Below are positions 8,499 through 18,749 of a DNA stretch of 64,000 nucleotides, in pieces. The number at the start of each line of letters is the position of its first letter. The first letter of the stretch is position 1. The notes under the pieces are model-generated. The model did no database searches and was not told the DNA's origin. It saw only the letters and a program-made list of their open reading frames with translations. Made by a program: the position numbers and the translations under genes. The DNA comes from Candidatus Obscuribacteraceae bacterium (GTDB lineage Bacteria; Cyanobacteriota; Vampirovibrionia; Obscuribacterales; Obscuribacteraceae), in assembly GCA_044229845.1 (NCBI GenBank), contig JBGASG010000006.1:192001-256000 (forward strand). The letters are read 5' to 3'.

Positions 8499-8639
8499 TC
8501 CTTGCGCCGCGCTCTGTAAAGTTGCGCCACGCGAGCCTCTATAGAACTAGATTACATAGATCAATATGTGAACGCGCGCCAGCGTTCTTCTGAGATCCGA
8601 TTCAGAATCTGATCTGCCGATGCGCTTGTGCCGGGCAAT

Positions 8640-9800
8640 TCAAACCAGCTTGATCAGCGGTGGCGAAACATAATTCCGGATGTCGTCCTTTGATATCGCA
8701 TCCGCTGCGACGCACATCGCAAGGAAAGCTCCCTGCGGCCACCGCACCAGATCTGCCAGATGGGAAAACACACAGACATACTGTTGCAAATACTTTCTGC
8801 TCACCCCTTGAAACACATCGATGATGAACGCAGCGACTTGTTGAACTTTCTCGCTCAAGACATCCGACGAGGTTCCGCGGACGGCATCCGCAGCGCGGAC
8901 CGAACCGGTATCAGCGCCGTCGACGTCACGTTCCCCGGTTCGATTTGCCAACACGAAGCGCTCTCCCGGAAGTCTCAACGCAAGTCCATTCAACTCAAGC
9001 ATCACCAAACTCGACGTCAACTCTCCGAATTCCAAACCAGTCTGCTCTCGCAGCAAGTCAATGAAGATCGGCTGCTCACCCAAATGTTGAAGCACTTGGT
9101 GCTCGACCTCGTCGAGGTGCGCTCCGTCAACGCCCGCATCTCGAGTAGTTGCCTCCCCCTGAGCGGTCCCCTCATCTCGAGTAGTTGCCTCCCTTTGAGC
9201 GGTCACCTCATCTCGAGTGGTTGCCTCCCCTTGAGCGGTCCCCTCATCCCGAGTAGTCGCTTCTCTCCAATCAACATTGTGTTCCTCAGAAGCAGGACTC
9301 TGGCGGGCCTCCGTTTCTCGGCTGCGTCGAGTGACGACTTTCATCCACCTGGATGAAGGGACTTCATCCCCAGCGTCAGTTTCGGAAACCGAATTCGTGA
9401 GCACCATCGCGAGCTTCAGAAACATCGTCCATGCAGTCGAATAGGCGACTCCCGTAACCTTAGAGAATCTGCTCGGATTAACCTCAATTCGATGGTCAAT
9501 CAGCCAAACGGCAAACAGCCATTCGCGCACGAGCCTGATGTTCTCAAAGAACGTGCCCGAAGTCAGGTGCATCTTCTCATTGCATTCGGAGCATTGAACG
9601 GTTCGATCATTCACGCGAATCCAATTGCTGTTAGGACATCCCTTTCTGCAAGTGCGATTGGAGCTCGATGTCGCGCAAAGCGCATCTACACAATCAGCAT
9701 CGGTCGGAAACTCAGCATTGAATTGTTCCATTTCATGGAACAGCGGATCTGTGTCATTTTCAGAGGGTCGTCGATCTGGGTTCTTAGCTTGATTTTTCAT
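8640..9800 (-). CDS. IS1595-transposase-derived protein with DprA-like winged helix, apparently lacking the DDE core
   Basis: N-terminal FPT..C, CRKGC/CSEC Zn ribbon, GTFF, YSTAW; C-terminal FQGVSRKYLQQY; central wHTH ...SLVMLELNGLALRLPGERF; GGAGG RBS. Confidence 0.7.
   Translation of the reverse strand: MKNQAKNPDRRPSENDTDPLFHEMEQFNAEFPTDADCVDALCATSSSNRTCRKGCPNSNWIRVNDRTVQCSECNEKMHLTSGTFFENIRLVREWLFAVWLIDHRIEVNPSRFSKVTGVAYSTAWTMFLKLAMVLTNSVSETDAGDEVPSSRWMKVVTRRSRETEARQSPASEEHNVDWREATTRDEGTAQGEATTRDEVTAQREATTRDEGTAQGEATTRDAGVDGAHLDEVEHQVLQHLGEQPIFIDLLREQTGLEFGELTSSLVMLELNGLALRLPGERFVLANRTGERDVDGADTGSVRAADAVRGTSSDVLSEKVQQVAAFIIDVFQGVSRKYLQQYVCVFSHLADLVRWPQGAFLAMCVAADAISKDDIRNYVSPPLIKLV
9137..9262. 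repeat. 36-bp in-frame tandem repeat, about 3.5 copies
   Basis: Encodes EATTRDE(G/V)TAQ(G/R) inside the IS1595-derived gene. Confidence 0.9.
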
Positions 9801-9887
9801 GGCAGAAACCTCCATTACGATCAACGTCGCTCGCACCCAAAAAGTTCAATTCGCCAGATAAAACTGACAACCCCCCCTCTCAAGCTG

Positions 9888-10000
9888 AACTGAAGCGATA
9901 TCGCTTTAGCTTCTCTGAGCTGAGGCGATATCGCTTTAGTTTTGGTGAGTTGGAGCGATATCGCTTCAACCTGGATGAGCTGGAGCGATATCGCTTTAGT
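9888..10000. repeat. GCGATATCGC palindromic repeat array, 4 units, 30-bp period
   Basis: Cores at 9895, 9925, 9955, 9985. Confidence 0.95.
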
Positions 10001-10012
10001 TTGGGTGGAGGG

Positions 10013-10654
10013 TCAGGGAGCCTCGGCTAGTCCCCACCGCTTGAGGACCGCGTAAGCGGCTGGTAGTGAAGCGCCGAATGACAGGATGCCGTCTTCGTGC
10101 CCGGCCATAACAAGGATGCATTGGTGTGACAGGTCGGCTTGGCGGGCAAGCCGTTGCACCTCCGCCGCCATCTCGGGAGTTCCATAGGGGACATGCGGGG
10201 CGGTCGTCGGAACCCTTCCTAAAAGGCGCTGCCAGTGGGTGTTGCTGTGTACATGGATCACCGCACTGCTCTGCGGAAACGTTTCATATATGATTGCGTG
10301 CGTCATGGATTCAGATGAAGCCTTCATCGGTCCGAAACAGCTGATAGAGTTTCTTTGCAGATCGAATGAGGTGACGAGGGCGAAGTGCTGTTCGTCCGCG
10401 CTAGAGATATGTCCCGTTTGGCTAGCTGAAATCAAGAACTGCGGCTGGCTTTGGGGTGGCTGGACCTGGGGTGTCCGAGAATCAGCCACTCGGACGCTGA
10501 TGTTTCCGAAACCGATGCCATCCGGATAGACTCCGATCAACCCGTCGCGATAGAGCTGGTTACGAAAGTCGAAGAGATCGGACGATTTCGCGTACTCGGG
10601 CAACGGGCCTGGTGTCCAAGCACATTCGAACTTGATTACGCCTTCGTCTCTCAT
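10013..10654 (-). CDS. Class II aldolase/adducin-family protein (MtnB-like)
   Basis: GNISVR, ASSESMTH, VIHVH, MAGHEDG; near mtnA. Confidence 0.8.
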   Translation of the reverse strand: MRDEGVIKFECAWTPGPLPEYAKSSDLFDFRNQLYRDGLIGVYPDGIGFGNISVRVADSRTPQVQPPQSQPQFLISASQTGHISSADEQHFALVTSFDLQRNSISCFGPMKASSESMTHAIIYETFPQSSAVIHVHSNTHWQRLLGRVPTTAPHVPYGTPEMAAEVQRLARQADLSHQCILVMAGHEDGILSFGASLPAAYAVLKRWGLAEAP

Positions 10655-10719
10655 CAGCAGTCAGTTGCGTTTTTACCGGGGATAGTATCAAGATAGATTC
10701 AGGTCTTCTGGACTATCTG

Positions 10720-12552
10720 ATGCTGGTGGTTGAGACACTAACTTTAGCAGCAACGGTTGGCGCTTTGATAGGCGCCGGATGTTACTGCTTTCGCCGTTGT
10801 CCTCCCGACAGAGTTCTGGTAGTGCGAAGTCGCACGAAGGCTGGAGCAGCCGGTGCCGCAAAAAATACCGGCAGTTTCAGAGTTACGCGTGGAGAGATCT
10901 GGATTAACCCGCTCACCGAGGCGGTGCAGGAAGTCAATCTGTCCCCGCTGGAGATCTACGTCGCGGTATCGCTGCCCTCGTCTGCCATCAATGTAGAACG
11001 CCTCTATATTCATTTGAAGGTAGTTACGGCGCCCAGCCCGGACGACGACTCGCTCGCTCGGGCGGCGGGGCACATAGGCGGCCTGGATGTACACCGTGCA
11101 TCTCGCAAGTTAGAGGAGTTGATTGCGGCGAAAAATCCGGAACTGCCACTGTCACTGGTGCCGCAATCGGCTGTGGATCTACAGAGTTTGAGTTTGCGCG
11201 GACGTCCGGAATGGAACGAATGGCTGCTGTCGCTCCTCAAACCCTACGGGATGGAATTGAAATCCTACAGTCTGCTGGAAGTATCTCGACGCACTGAGTT
11301 GCAACCGACTCCGCGGTCCCAGGAACCGGACGTTTCGCGCGCCTGCCGCCTTTTGGAATTCGACCCCGTATGCGAGGAGGTGCAGGTCGAGATTGCAGCC
11401 AGCCAGACTCAATTGGGTGCAGTCGGTATCACGTGGCTTTTGATGTTCAACGTGGAACCACAATTCGACCTATACCGGGTGGCGTGTGAAAACTATCTGG
11501 ACAAGCCGGCGCCGGAGGTTAACTCTCATTTGAGCGGCATCGTGTCCCAGGCAATGCATCGCGCACTCTCGACCTGCAATGGCTACACGATGATCGATCA
11601 GCTCTGCGAATCATATAAGAAGTATGGTGGTGACTCGGGCAAAAGCTCCGGTAAAGAGTTGGCTATCTATATGTTGAACGCTGTTTCCGACGCGGTCAGC
11701 ACCTGGCGCGGCAAATTGATGATGATGCGAGCCTGGTTCACGTCAGCGAATACAGCTCAGAAGTTCTTCACGACTCTTGTGCAATCGTTAGAGGTTGAAC
11801 TCAGTCGGTCTGGTTTGAAGTTCGGTGGGTTGCTTTTCAAAGATGTCGACCTGCAGACATCGACAATTCAATTGCCCACAAAGTGGAACTACACATCCTC
11901 GTTTGTGCCGACCGACGTCATTCAGTTTTCGGGACGAACTCCAATCGTCTTCGAGGGGCGACCACTGACTGCCGTAATCTGGGCGCGCGTGGAAATGCCC
12001 AGGCTGAAAGCCATCGGCGTTGCATCGGGCGGTGCTGCATCGGGCGGTGCTGCATCGGGCGGTGCTGCATCGGACGGTGCTGCATCGGACGGTGCTGCAT
12101 CGGACGGCGTTGCATTGGAGGGTGCCAGCGTTTCGGAGACGACGGTATCTGGTGCCCTTTCCCATCAACTGACGAAGGCACTGGCGACTCCCAAGGTCCA
12201 GAAGTTGGTGATCGCCGCCGAGCGACTTTGGGCAGAACTGAAACGCGACATGGACGAGCTACGCGGCGTCGACGGCACACTGGAAGATCCGGTCACCAGA
12301 CTGATCATCGAACGCGCGGCGCTGCGTTTAGTTCTGCCGGCAGCCAAAGTGGTGCTGGCACTACTGGATGCCTACGCCGAGGTGCGCCGCGAGTTTATCA
12401 AAAACTGCTCGCGAGCAGTGAACGAAACCGGCGGCGTCGGTGAGAACTTCGCTCTGCGCGACTTCGACATTGTCGACCACAAAGGCAATACGATACTTAC
12501 AGCGCCAGAGCAGTCCGTTCAGGAAACAGCTGCAATAGCCCTTCCTCGTTAG
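10720..12552 (+). CDS. Divergent SPFH/flotillin-like membrane protein
   Basis: N-terminal TM followed by FRRCPPDRVLVV, resembling flotillin N-termini; remainder divergent. Confidence 0.55.
   Translation: MLVVETLTLAATVGALIGAGCYCFRRCPPDRVLVVRSRTKAGAAGAAKNTGSFRVTRGEIWINPLTEAVQEVNLSPLEIYVAVSLPSSAINVERLYIHLKVVTAPSPDDDSLARAAGHIGGLDVHRASRKLEELIAAKNPELPLSLVPQSAVDLQSLSLRGRPEWNEWLLSLLKPYGMELKSYSLLEVSRRTELQPTPRSQEPDVSRACRLLEFDPVCEEVQVEIAASQTQLGAVGITWLLMFNVEPQFDLYRVACENYLDKPAPEVNSHLSGIVSQAMHRALSTCNGYTMIDQLCESYKKYGGDSGKSSGKELAIYMLNAVSDAVSTWRGKLMMMRAWFTSANTAQKFFTTLVQSLEVELSRSGLKFGGLLFKDVDLQTSTIQLPTKWNYTSSFVPTDVIQFSGRTPIVFEGRPLTAVIWARVEMPRLKAIGVASGGAASGGAASGGAASDGAASDGAASDGVALEGASVSETTVSGALSHQLTKALATPKVQKLVIAAERLWAELKRDMDELRGVDGTLEDPVTRLIIERAALRLVLPAAKVVLALLDAYAEVRREFIKNCSRAVNETGGVGENFALRDFDIVDHKGNTILTAPEQSVQETAAIALPR
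12016..12120. repeat. 15-bp in-frame tandem repeat, 7 units
   Basis: GGTGCTGCATCGG(G/A)C encoding GAASG/GAASD. Confidence 0.9.
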
Positions 12553-13615
12553 CCGCGCAAATGCCGCGCTCGGTGATCAGCGCCGTAACCAGATGGCGCG
12601 GAGTGACATCAAATCCGAAGTTGGCGGCGGGAGCACTTTCAGGAGAGACCAGCACGGACTTTGTTTTACCGTCAGCGGCATCCAGTCCGGCAACATATTT
12701 GACTTCGTGAGCGCTGCGCTCCTCAATTGGAATCTCTCGACCGTCCACTATGTCCCAGTCGATGCTCGAAGACGGCAGTGCAACAAAGAACGGTATACCG
12801 TTTGCGTCAGCAGCCAGCGCCTTCAGATAAGTGCCGATTTTGTTGGCGACATCGCCACCGCGCGTAGTGCGATCGGTTCCGACAATTACCATGTCTACCA
12901 TGCCGTTTTGCATGAGATGACCGCCGGCATTGTCCGTGATCAGTGTATAGGGAACGCCGTGTTGCCCCAATTCCCAGGCGGTCAGTGCGGCTCCCTGATT
13001 GCGCGGACGCGTTTCATCCACCCAGACGTGAATTGGAATCCCAGCATCGAAGGCTTGATAAATCACCGAGGTGGCGGTGCCCCAGTCGGTGGTAGCCAGC
13101 CACCCGGCATTGCAATGCGTAAGCACTTGCACGGGCTTGCCCTGTTTCTGCTGCGCCAGATCGCGCACCAGCTGCAGCCCGTGCACACCGATCATGCGGC
13201 AGATTTCCACGTCGGCGGCAGCCAGTTGCTGCGCGTTTTCCAGCAAGAGCTGAACGGCATGCTGTTTCGATCTTGCCGCTTCCAGTTGTTTGATTTGCTC
13301 GTCAACCGCCCAGGCTAGATTGACAGCGGTCGGCCGAGCATTCCGCAACTCGGCAGCCGCAGATTGCAAGTAGCTCTTGAAGTTATCCTCGGGCGACTGA
13401 TGTGCGGCGAGATACATACCGAAAGCCGCGCACACGCCAATCAAGGGCGCACCGCGAACGGCCATGTCTGCGATGGCGTCGCGCATTTCTTCATAGCCGG
13501 CCAGCGCCAGCACTTTGAATTCGTGCGGCAACACGCGCTGATCGATGACGCAGACCTGACTGGCGTCCGACTCATTCAACCAGACCGATTGATAGCGCTT
13601 GCCTTCTACTTTCAT
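12497..13615 (-). CDS. mtnA: S-methyl-5-thioribose-1-phosphate isomerase
   Basis: MAVRGAPLIG, RPTAVNL, THCNAG, DETRPRNQG, GDVANKIGTY, NFGFDVTP. Confidence 0.95.
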   Translation of the reverse strand: MKVEGKRYQSVWLNESDASQVCVIDQRVLPHEFKVLALAGYEEMRDAIADMAVRGAPLIGVCAAFGMYLAAHQSPEDNFKSYLQSAAAELRNARPTAVNLAWAVDEQIKQLEAARSKQHAVQLLLENAQQLAAADVEICRMIGVHGLQLVRDLAQQKQGKPVQVLTHCNAGWLATTDWGTATSVIYQAFDAGIPIHVWVDETRPRNQGAALTAWELGQHGVPYTLITDNAGGHLMQNGMVDMVIVGTDRTTRGGDVANKIGTYLKALAADANGIPFFVALPSSSIDWDIVDGREIPIEERSAHEVKYVAGLDAADGKTKSVLVSPESAPAANFGFDVTPRHLVTALITERGICAANEEGLLQLFPERTALAL

Positions 13616-13770
13616 GCGGCACCTCGGCCTCAAGTGTAGCAGCACAAGTCAGGCAGGAACCGCGTTCACCGCACGCATTTGATTAGCGATGTTAATGAAT
13701 TATGTAATTCGGTCGCATTTTGGAACGAGCAGTCCAGAATATTGATTCGAATCAGTGTAGGGAAACCAAA

Positions 13771-14109
13771 ATGTTCTTTCTTCTCTATGTTCCTATTGTA
13801 AGCAACCTGCTACCGCCCGAAGCCATCGATGAAATGGCAGCTCACGTGGCGGACAAGATCCTGCAAATTGGATCGAACAACAACGAAGAAGCATCGCCTG
13901 AACAACGCCAGGAGTTGCAGACACAGCTGGCTGAAATGATGCGAGCAGCTCAGCAACAGCGCCAGGGGGCGCTGGAGATGGTCGACGACGGAGTCGAAAA
14001 TCTCGAGGGCGCGGAATCGGAAACGCCGCCCGCAGACGGCAGCGAAGCTTTCATTCGTTTGGCTCCGGCTCGCGACTTTCTGGAGCGCTGCCTGAAGAAG
14101 TCAGCCTGA
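13771..14109 (+). CDS. Hypothetical protein
   Basis: ORF with purine-rich upstream region; acidic and helical; no family recognised. Confidence 0.6.
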   Translation: MFFLLYVPIVSNLLPPEAIDEMAAHVADKILQIGSNNNEEASPEQRQELQTQLAEMMRAAQQQRQGALEMVDDGVENLEGAESETPPADGSEAFIRLAPARDFLERCLKKSA

Positions 14110-14184
14110 AGTGCGATCGCAAACGAATCCAGTTTGCTTTAATGGCAACGTTGGAAAAACTTGCCAAGCGCAACTGGAGAACAA

Positions 14185-15420
14185 ATGGTGAAGTCAACGA
14201 CGCTCAGCGATCCGATTCTGTCGCCGTCGGCGGAGTTTCTCGCGAACCCCTATCCGACTTTAGCCAGACTACGACAGGAAGCGCCCGTCTACTGGAGCGA
14301 GAAGGGCAATTACTGGTTGTTGACTCGCTATGGCGACGTGCATGAGGTCGTCTCGGACAGACAGTTCGAGAAAGGCGTCATGAAGTTCAAGAACACCGAT
14401 CTTTTTGTCAAGCTATTTCCAGTCGGCGATCTGCTCGAGTTTCGCGAACACTCCATGCTGCTGCAAAACCCGCCGGATCACACACGGCTGCGCGGTCTTG
14501 TGAACAAAGCCTTCACACCGTCTATGGTGGCAGGGCTGAAGCCGCGTATCGAAGCCATCACCAGCGAGTTGCTCGAAGGCATCCTCGCCAAGTCGGCCAA
14601 ATCCAAGGAATTCGATTTGATCGCCGAAATGGCATATCCCTTGCCGGCTACAGTAATCGCCGAAATGCTCGGCATTCCCACCAGCGACCGTGAGAAGTTC
14701 AAAGTCTGGTCGCACAACATTACAGCGGCGCTCGATCCCAATCCCCAGCCTAATCTTTTAAACATCGCCAAGGTAGCAGGGTCCTACAAAGACTTGATTG
14801 CCTACTTGCGTCCACTGGTTGCAGAGCGACGCAAAGAACGCAAGAACGATCTGATCAGCGCCCTGGTGGCAGCCGAGGAAGACGGCAATCATCTCTCCGA
14901 AACTGAGCTTCTGGCGAACATCGTTTTGCTGTTGATTGCCGGGCACGAAACGACCACCAACTTGATCGGGAACGGCATGCTGGCGCTTTTGCGCAATCCA
15001 GACCAGCTGGAACTGCTCAAGTCGAAACCGGATCTGCTGCCAACCGCCGTCGATGAGTTTCTGCGTTACGACAGCCCGGTGCAGATGGTGCGCCGGATCG
15101 CCGCCGACGATTTTCAAATCGGCGACACAACGATCAAATCAGGACAGCACGTTGTGCCGTTGATTGGTGCGGCTAATCACGATCCGGACCAATTCAAAGA
15201 TCCGGAAACGCTGGACATCACTCGCCAGGACAACAAACACATCTCATTCGGTCATGGCATTCACCATTGCCTGGGCTGGTCGCTTGCCGGTGCGGAAGGA
15301 CAGATCGCGATTTCGGCATTGTTGAAGACCTTCCCGAACATCAAGATGAAGACACAAAAAATTGAGGTGAAGCTGCCTTTTTCGTTGCGCGGCGTCAAAC
15401 AGCTGCACGTGACGTACTGA
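14185..15420 (+). CDS. Cytochrome P450
   Basis: PPDHTRLR, AGHETT, ExLR, heme motif FGHGIHHCLG; GGAGA RBS. Confidence 0.95.
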   Translation: MVKSTTLSDPILSPSAEFLANPYPTLARLRQEAPVYWSEKGNYWLLTRYGDVHEVVSDRQFEKGVMKFKNTDLFVKLFPVGDLLEFREHSMLLQNPPDHTRLRGLVNKAFTPSMVAGLKPRIEAITSELLEGILAKSAKSKEFDLIAEMAYPLPATVIAEMLGIPTSDREKFKVWSHNITAALDPNPQPNLLNIAKVAGSYKDLIAYLRPLVAERRKERKNDLISALVAAEEDGNHLSETELLANIVLLLIAGHETTTNLIGNGMLALLRNPDQLELLKSKPDLLPTAVDEFLRYDSPVQMVRRIAADDFQIGDTTIKSGQHVVPLIGAANHDPDQFKDPETLDITRQDNKHISFGHGIHHCLGWSLAGAEGQIAISALLKTFPNIKMKTQKIEVKLPFSLRGVKQLHVTY

Positions 15421-15450
15421 TTTAGCGCACGCACGTACTGGTCCGACGCT

Positions 15451-16548
15451 TCAGTGGGACTGACTGGTGCCACTAGATGCGGTGGCGTTGTAACGAGCCA
15501 ACCGGCGGCGCAGCTCGGGCAGCATTTTGCGGGCCGCAACCTCACCGCTCTTGATGGCGGCCGCCATATCTTCAGGATCAAACGAGCGCGTCTCAACATC
15601 ACCGAGGTCAGGCTCGATGAGCAAATCTGCGTTCTCCATGCCTTTGCGTTCCAGCTCAGCCATGACCATCGTCAGTACGCGATCGCTGTAATCGAGCCAG
15701 TTGCGAACGCGTTTTTTGTTGATCTCCGGCAATTTAGAATGCACTCGCACGCCAATTACAAATGGAGAGCAAGATGCCGCAGCCACTTCAGTGGGCAACT
15801 GGGAGCGCAGACCGCCATCGACCAAAAGCGCGTTATTGAGCTCGACCGGCTGGTATACAAAGGGAATCGCCGTGCTGGCAGCCACCGCATCGGTGATCTT
15901 GCCCTTGCGGATCCAGACCGGGCTTGTGTCCAAAAGATTGGTCGCAATCACGGCAACCGGAATTTTGAGTTGGTCCAGCTGCGTAACACCAGGTTTCAGC
16001 TCTTTGCTTACAAACTTCGCCATAGTCTTGCTTTTATACATGCCGATTGGCGGATGCATTCCGATCATGCGCTTTAGCGCGTATCCAGGGGTCGACTTGA
16101 TGGCCTGCCACTTCAATCCGCTGGGCAACAACCCTTTCCTCAATTCTCCGCTCAGACACATCTGCTCAAGTTCTTGCGGCGTGCGCCCCGAAGCATAGAG
16201 AACTCCGATCAAGGCACCGATACTGCTGCCGGCGATAAAGTCAGGTTTGATTCCTTCTTCTTCCAGCACCTTCAACACGCCGATGTGCGCGACACCGCGC
16301 CCGCCACCACCAGACAGCGTCAACGCGACATGTGGACGCCCGTCGCACTTAAATCCGTCCAGGTCGCCGTCCGGCGCCGCCGGTTGCTGCACGGAAACAC
16401 CCGGTTGCACCGGGGACACCTTCCCTTCCAGTGAGCTGCCAACGTCCTCGGCTTGTGCCCAACCAGACACCATCAAAGCGGTTAGGGAACTCAGTGCGAT
16501 ACTCAGTGCGGATCTCAGTGCGGACTTCCGGATCCTTTTCATGTTCAT
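15451..16548 (-). CDS. Patatin-like phospholipase, with signal peptide
   Basis: LSGGGGRG, GSSIG nucleophile motif, DGG; start uncertain. Confidence 0.9.
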   Translation of the reverse strand: MNMKRIRKSALRSALSIALSSLTALMVSGWAQAEDVGSSLEGKVSPVQPGVSVQQPAAPDGDLDGFKCDGRPHVALTLSGGGGRGVAHIGVLKVLEEEGIKPDFIAGSSIGALIGVLYASGRTPQELEQMCLSGELRKGLLPSGLKWQAIKSTPGYALKRMIGMHPPIGMYKSKTMAKFVSKELKPGVTQLDQLKIPVAVIATNLLDTSPVWIRKGKITDAVAASTAIPFVYQPVELNNALLVDGGLRSQLPTEVAAASCSPFVIGVRVHSKLPEINKKRVRNWLDYSDRVLTMVMAELERKGMENADLLIEPDLGDVETRSFDPEDMAAAIKSGEVAARKMLPELRRRLARYNATASSGTSQSH

Positions 16549-16613
16549 GTTCACGCGGTCACCTGGAAAGCGGGACAACAAAATCACTGACTGATCAATC
16601 TGGAAGAAAGTGC

Positions 16614-16651
16614 CAGACGGCTGCCGTTCGCGATGAACAGGCAGCCGTCTG
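16614..16651 (-). terminator. Hairpin downstream of osmC
   Basis: CAGACGGCTGCC...GGCAGCCGTCTG 12-bp stem. Confidence 0.6.
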
Positions 16652-16697
16652 TGGTTATTCAGAGTTGAATGATTTGAAAAGGCGTCTTCGCTGTTAA

Positions 16698-17135
16698 CTA
16701 GCGCGCGGCGGCTTTCAGATTTGCTTTCAATTCAATCTTGGTGCCGGCCAGTGCCTTCGAAACCGGGCAGCCTTTTTTGGCATTCTCGGCTTCCTTCTGG
16801 AAAGTGGCATCATCGATGTTCGGCACGTCGCCTTCTGTTTCCAGAACGATGCGTGTAATCTCGAAACCTTCGCCAACCTTCTCCAGATGGACGTGAGCAG
16901 TGGTCTGAATGCTGGTCGGTGTGAATCCAGCCTTGCCAAGACCGGCTGAGAAAGCCATCGAGAAGCAACCAGCGTGAGCAGCGGCAATCAGTTCTTCGGG
17001 ATTTGTGCCTTTGCCGCTTTCGAAGCGCGACGGGAACGAGTACTGTCCTTCGAAGGCTCCACTGCCGAGCTTGACTGTGCCCTGGCCTTCCTTCAGATTG
17101 CCCTTCCATTCAGCCTTAGCGGTACGTTCTGTCAT
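16698..17135 (-). CDS. osmC: OsmC peroxiredoxin
   Basis: GTNPEELIAAAHAGCFSMA and CPVSKAL. Confidence 0.95.
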   Translation of the reverse strand: MTERTAKAEWKGNLKEGQGTVKLGSGAFEGQYSFPSRFESGKGTNPEELIAAAHAGCFSMAFSAGLGKAGFTPTSIQTTAHVHLEKVGEGFEITRIVLETEGDVPNIDDATFQKEAENAKKGCPVSKALAGTKIELKANLKAAAR

Positions 17136-17247
17136 ATGTCCTCCAGAAATTTTTGACCGGGGGCATGAATTTATCACATTGCGTCGGCAATTGATCGTCT
17201 CCAGGCGGCGGCCTCGCTATCTGCCACCACTTGCGGTACCAAATCGG

Positions 17248-18618
17248 TCACAACATTTTTGTCAAACGAGCGTTGAGAAACATGACCGCAGCGAAAATCG
17301 CCATTGCCAGGCGCGATACGAAAATTGCCAACCAGATGCCGACGAAACCCATGCCAAATGTAACGCTAAATACGTACGCCATCGGGATGCGCAGGGCGAT
17401 GTACCCAACGAATTGAGCAGCGCACGGCAATGCTGTTCTGCCGGCGCCCTCCAGGCAGGCAAAGAGAATGAAAGCGAATGCAATCACCGGCAGCGCGATC
17501 ATGGCACCATTAGTACCAACGCAGACACAATCTACTAATGCTTCGCTATTCGAAAACAAGCGAGCCAGGCTCTCTCCTCCCAATTGAATCAGTCCACCGC
17601 CCACCAACATGAGCCCGGCGGTGGCGCAGGCCAGCTGCCATCCAAGCGCACGCGCTTGCTCGCTGAACCCGGCACCAACGTGACGCCCGACCATAGCGGC
17701 GCTCACCGACGACATAGCGACAAGCGGCAATATGCCGAATGTTTCTTCAATCTTCAAAACCACTGAGTATGCGGCTTGCAGGGTTTCGCTCTGCGGGTGC
17801 TTACCGAGAATTGCATAAAGCGCGTACAGCGAAACGATGTAGCAGCCTTCAGAAACCAGAACAGGAATGCCAACTTGTGCAAATGACAATAATCGTTCCC
17901 TGGCTGGTGGAAGAAACGCGACTGTCGGCGCGCGCCAGGCATCGCAGCCCGACAGGAACGACCGCAGTAAGAAACTGCCGTACAGCGCTCCCAGTAATGC
18001 GCCGGCGTCCCAGGCTGCTGCCAGCGCCATCAAAGAATGGTGCAATGGTGACTGTTCCAGAAAATAAATCGGGATGACGCCGCCAATACTCACAACTGCG
18101 ATCAGTGACCAAATCCGCAAGCAATCAGCAGTTCCATTATTCGCACGAAATATTGAGGCTTGCACCAGCACCAACATGAAAGGCAAATTGCCCAATGCGC
18201 ACATCTGCAAGTAAGGCACTCCGAGAACTCTCACTGGTTGGGTGCAGCCCACCATCTCCATTGCCGGCTGTGCGCCAACATATAAAAGGAATGTCGAAAG
18301 AGCGCCGAACGCGGCCGCCAACCACAATCCATCGAGCGCATACCGCCTGGCTGCCGCACTTCTGTTGGCACCCAGGGACTGTGACACAAAGCAACTGGTA
18401 GCGGCAGCCAGTCCCGTTGCTATCAACACCATCACGAAAATCACCTGGTCCGCTACCCCGACTGCCGCTTGAGCGGCAGCGCCGTGCCATCCGGCAACCG
18501 CCATATCAACCACGCCGATCAGACAAAACACCAACGAGGTGGCTATCAGAGGCAAGGCCATACGTACCGCCGCGCCAATATTGGAGCGGCGAACATCCAG
18601 TTGTAATGAAGCTTGCAT
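17248..18618 (-). CDS. MATE-family transporter
   Basis: Many TM segments in two halves; VVDMAVAG, SQSLGA, GRHVGAG. Confidence 0.85.
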   Translation of the reverse strand: MQASLQLDVRRSNIGAAVRMALPLIATSLVFCLIGVVDMAVAGWHGAAAQAAVGVADQVIFVMVLIATGLAAATSCFVSQSLGANRSAAARRYALDGLWLAAAFGALSTFLLYVGAQPAMEMVGCTQPVRVLGVPYLQMCALGNLPFMLVLVQASIFRANNGTADCLRIWSLIAVVSIGGVIPIYFLEQSPLHHSLMALAAAWDAGALLGALYGSFLLRSFLSGCDAWRAPTVAFLPPARERLLSFAQVGIPVLVSEGCYIVSLYALYAILGKHPQSETLQAAYSVVLKIEETFGILPLVAMSSVSAAMVGRHVGAGFSEQARALGWQLACATAGLMLVGGGLIQLGGESLARLFSNSEALVDCVCVGTNGAMIALPVIAFAFILFACLEGAGRTALPCAAQFVGYIALRIPMAYVFSVTFGMGFVGIWLAIFVSRLAMAIFAAVMFLNARLTKML

Positions 18619-18658
18619 AAAATCTCCCGCGCCAAATCGGGTACGCGACGGCGAACCC

Positions 18659-18720
18659 CAACCGATATCGGTTGAGGTGGTCAAGCGAGCCCGAGCTAAA
18701 GCGATATCGCTTTAACTCGG
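18659..18720. repeat. Two GATATC-centred palindromic repeat units
   Basis: CAACCGATATCGGTTG (18659-18674) and CCGAGCTAAAGCGATATCGCTTTAACTCGG (18691-18720). Confidence 0.9.
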
Positions 18721-18749
18721 ACTGACCGAATGGCGACTTGATGTGGTAT

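Noticed and set aside
8281..8500. SAM riboswitch or T-box upstream of metB
   Set aside because: No SAM-I core or T-box UGGNACC bulge recognised; the leader peptide plus terminator explains the region.
8640..9800. Active IS1595 element
   Set aside because: No DDE motifs, terminal inverted repeats or target duplication recognised.
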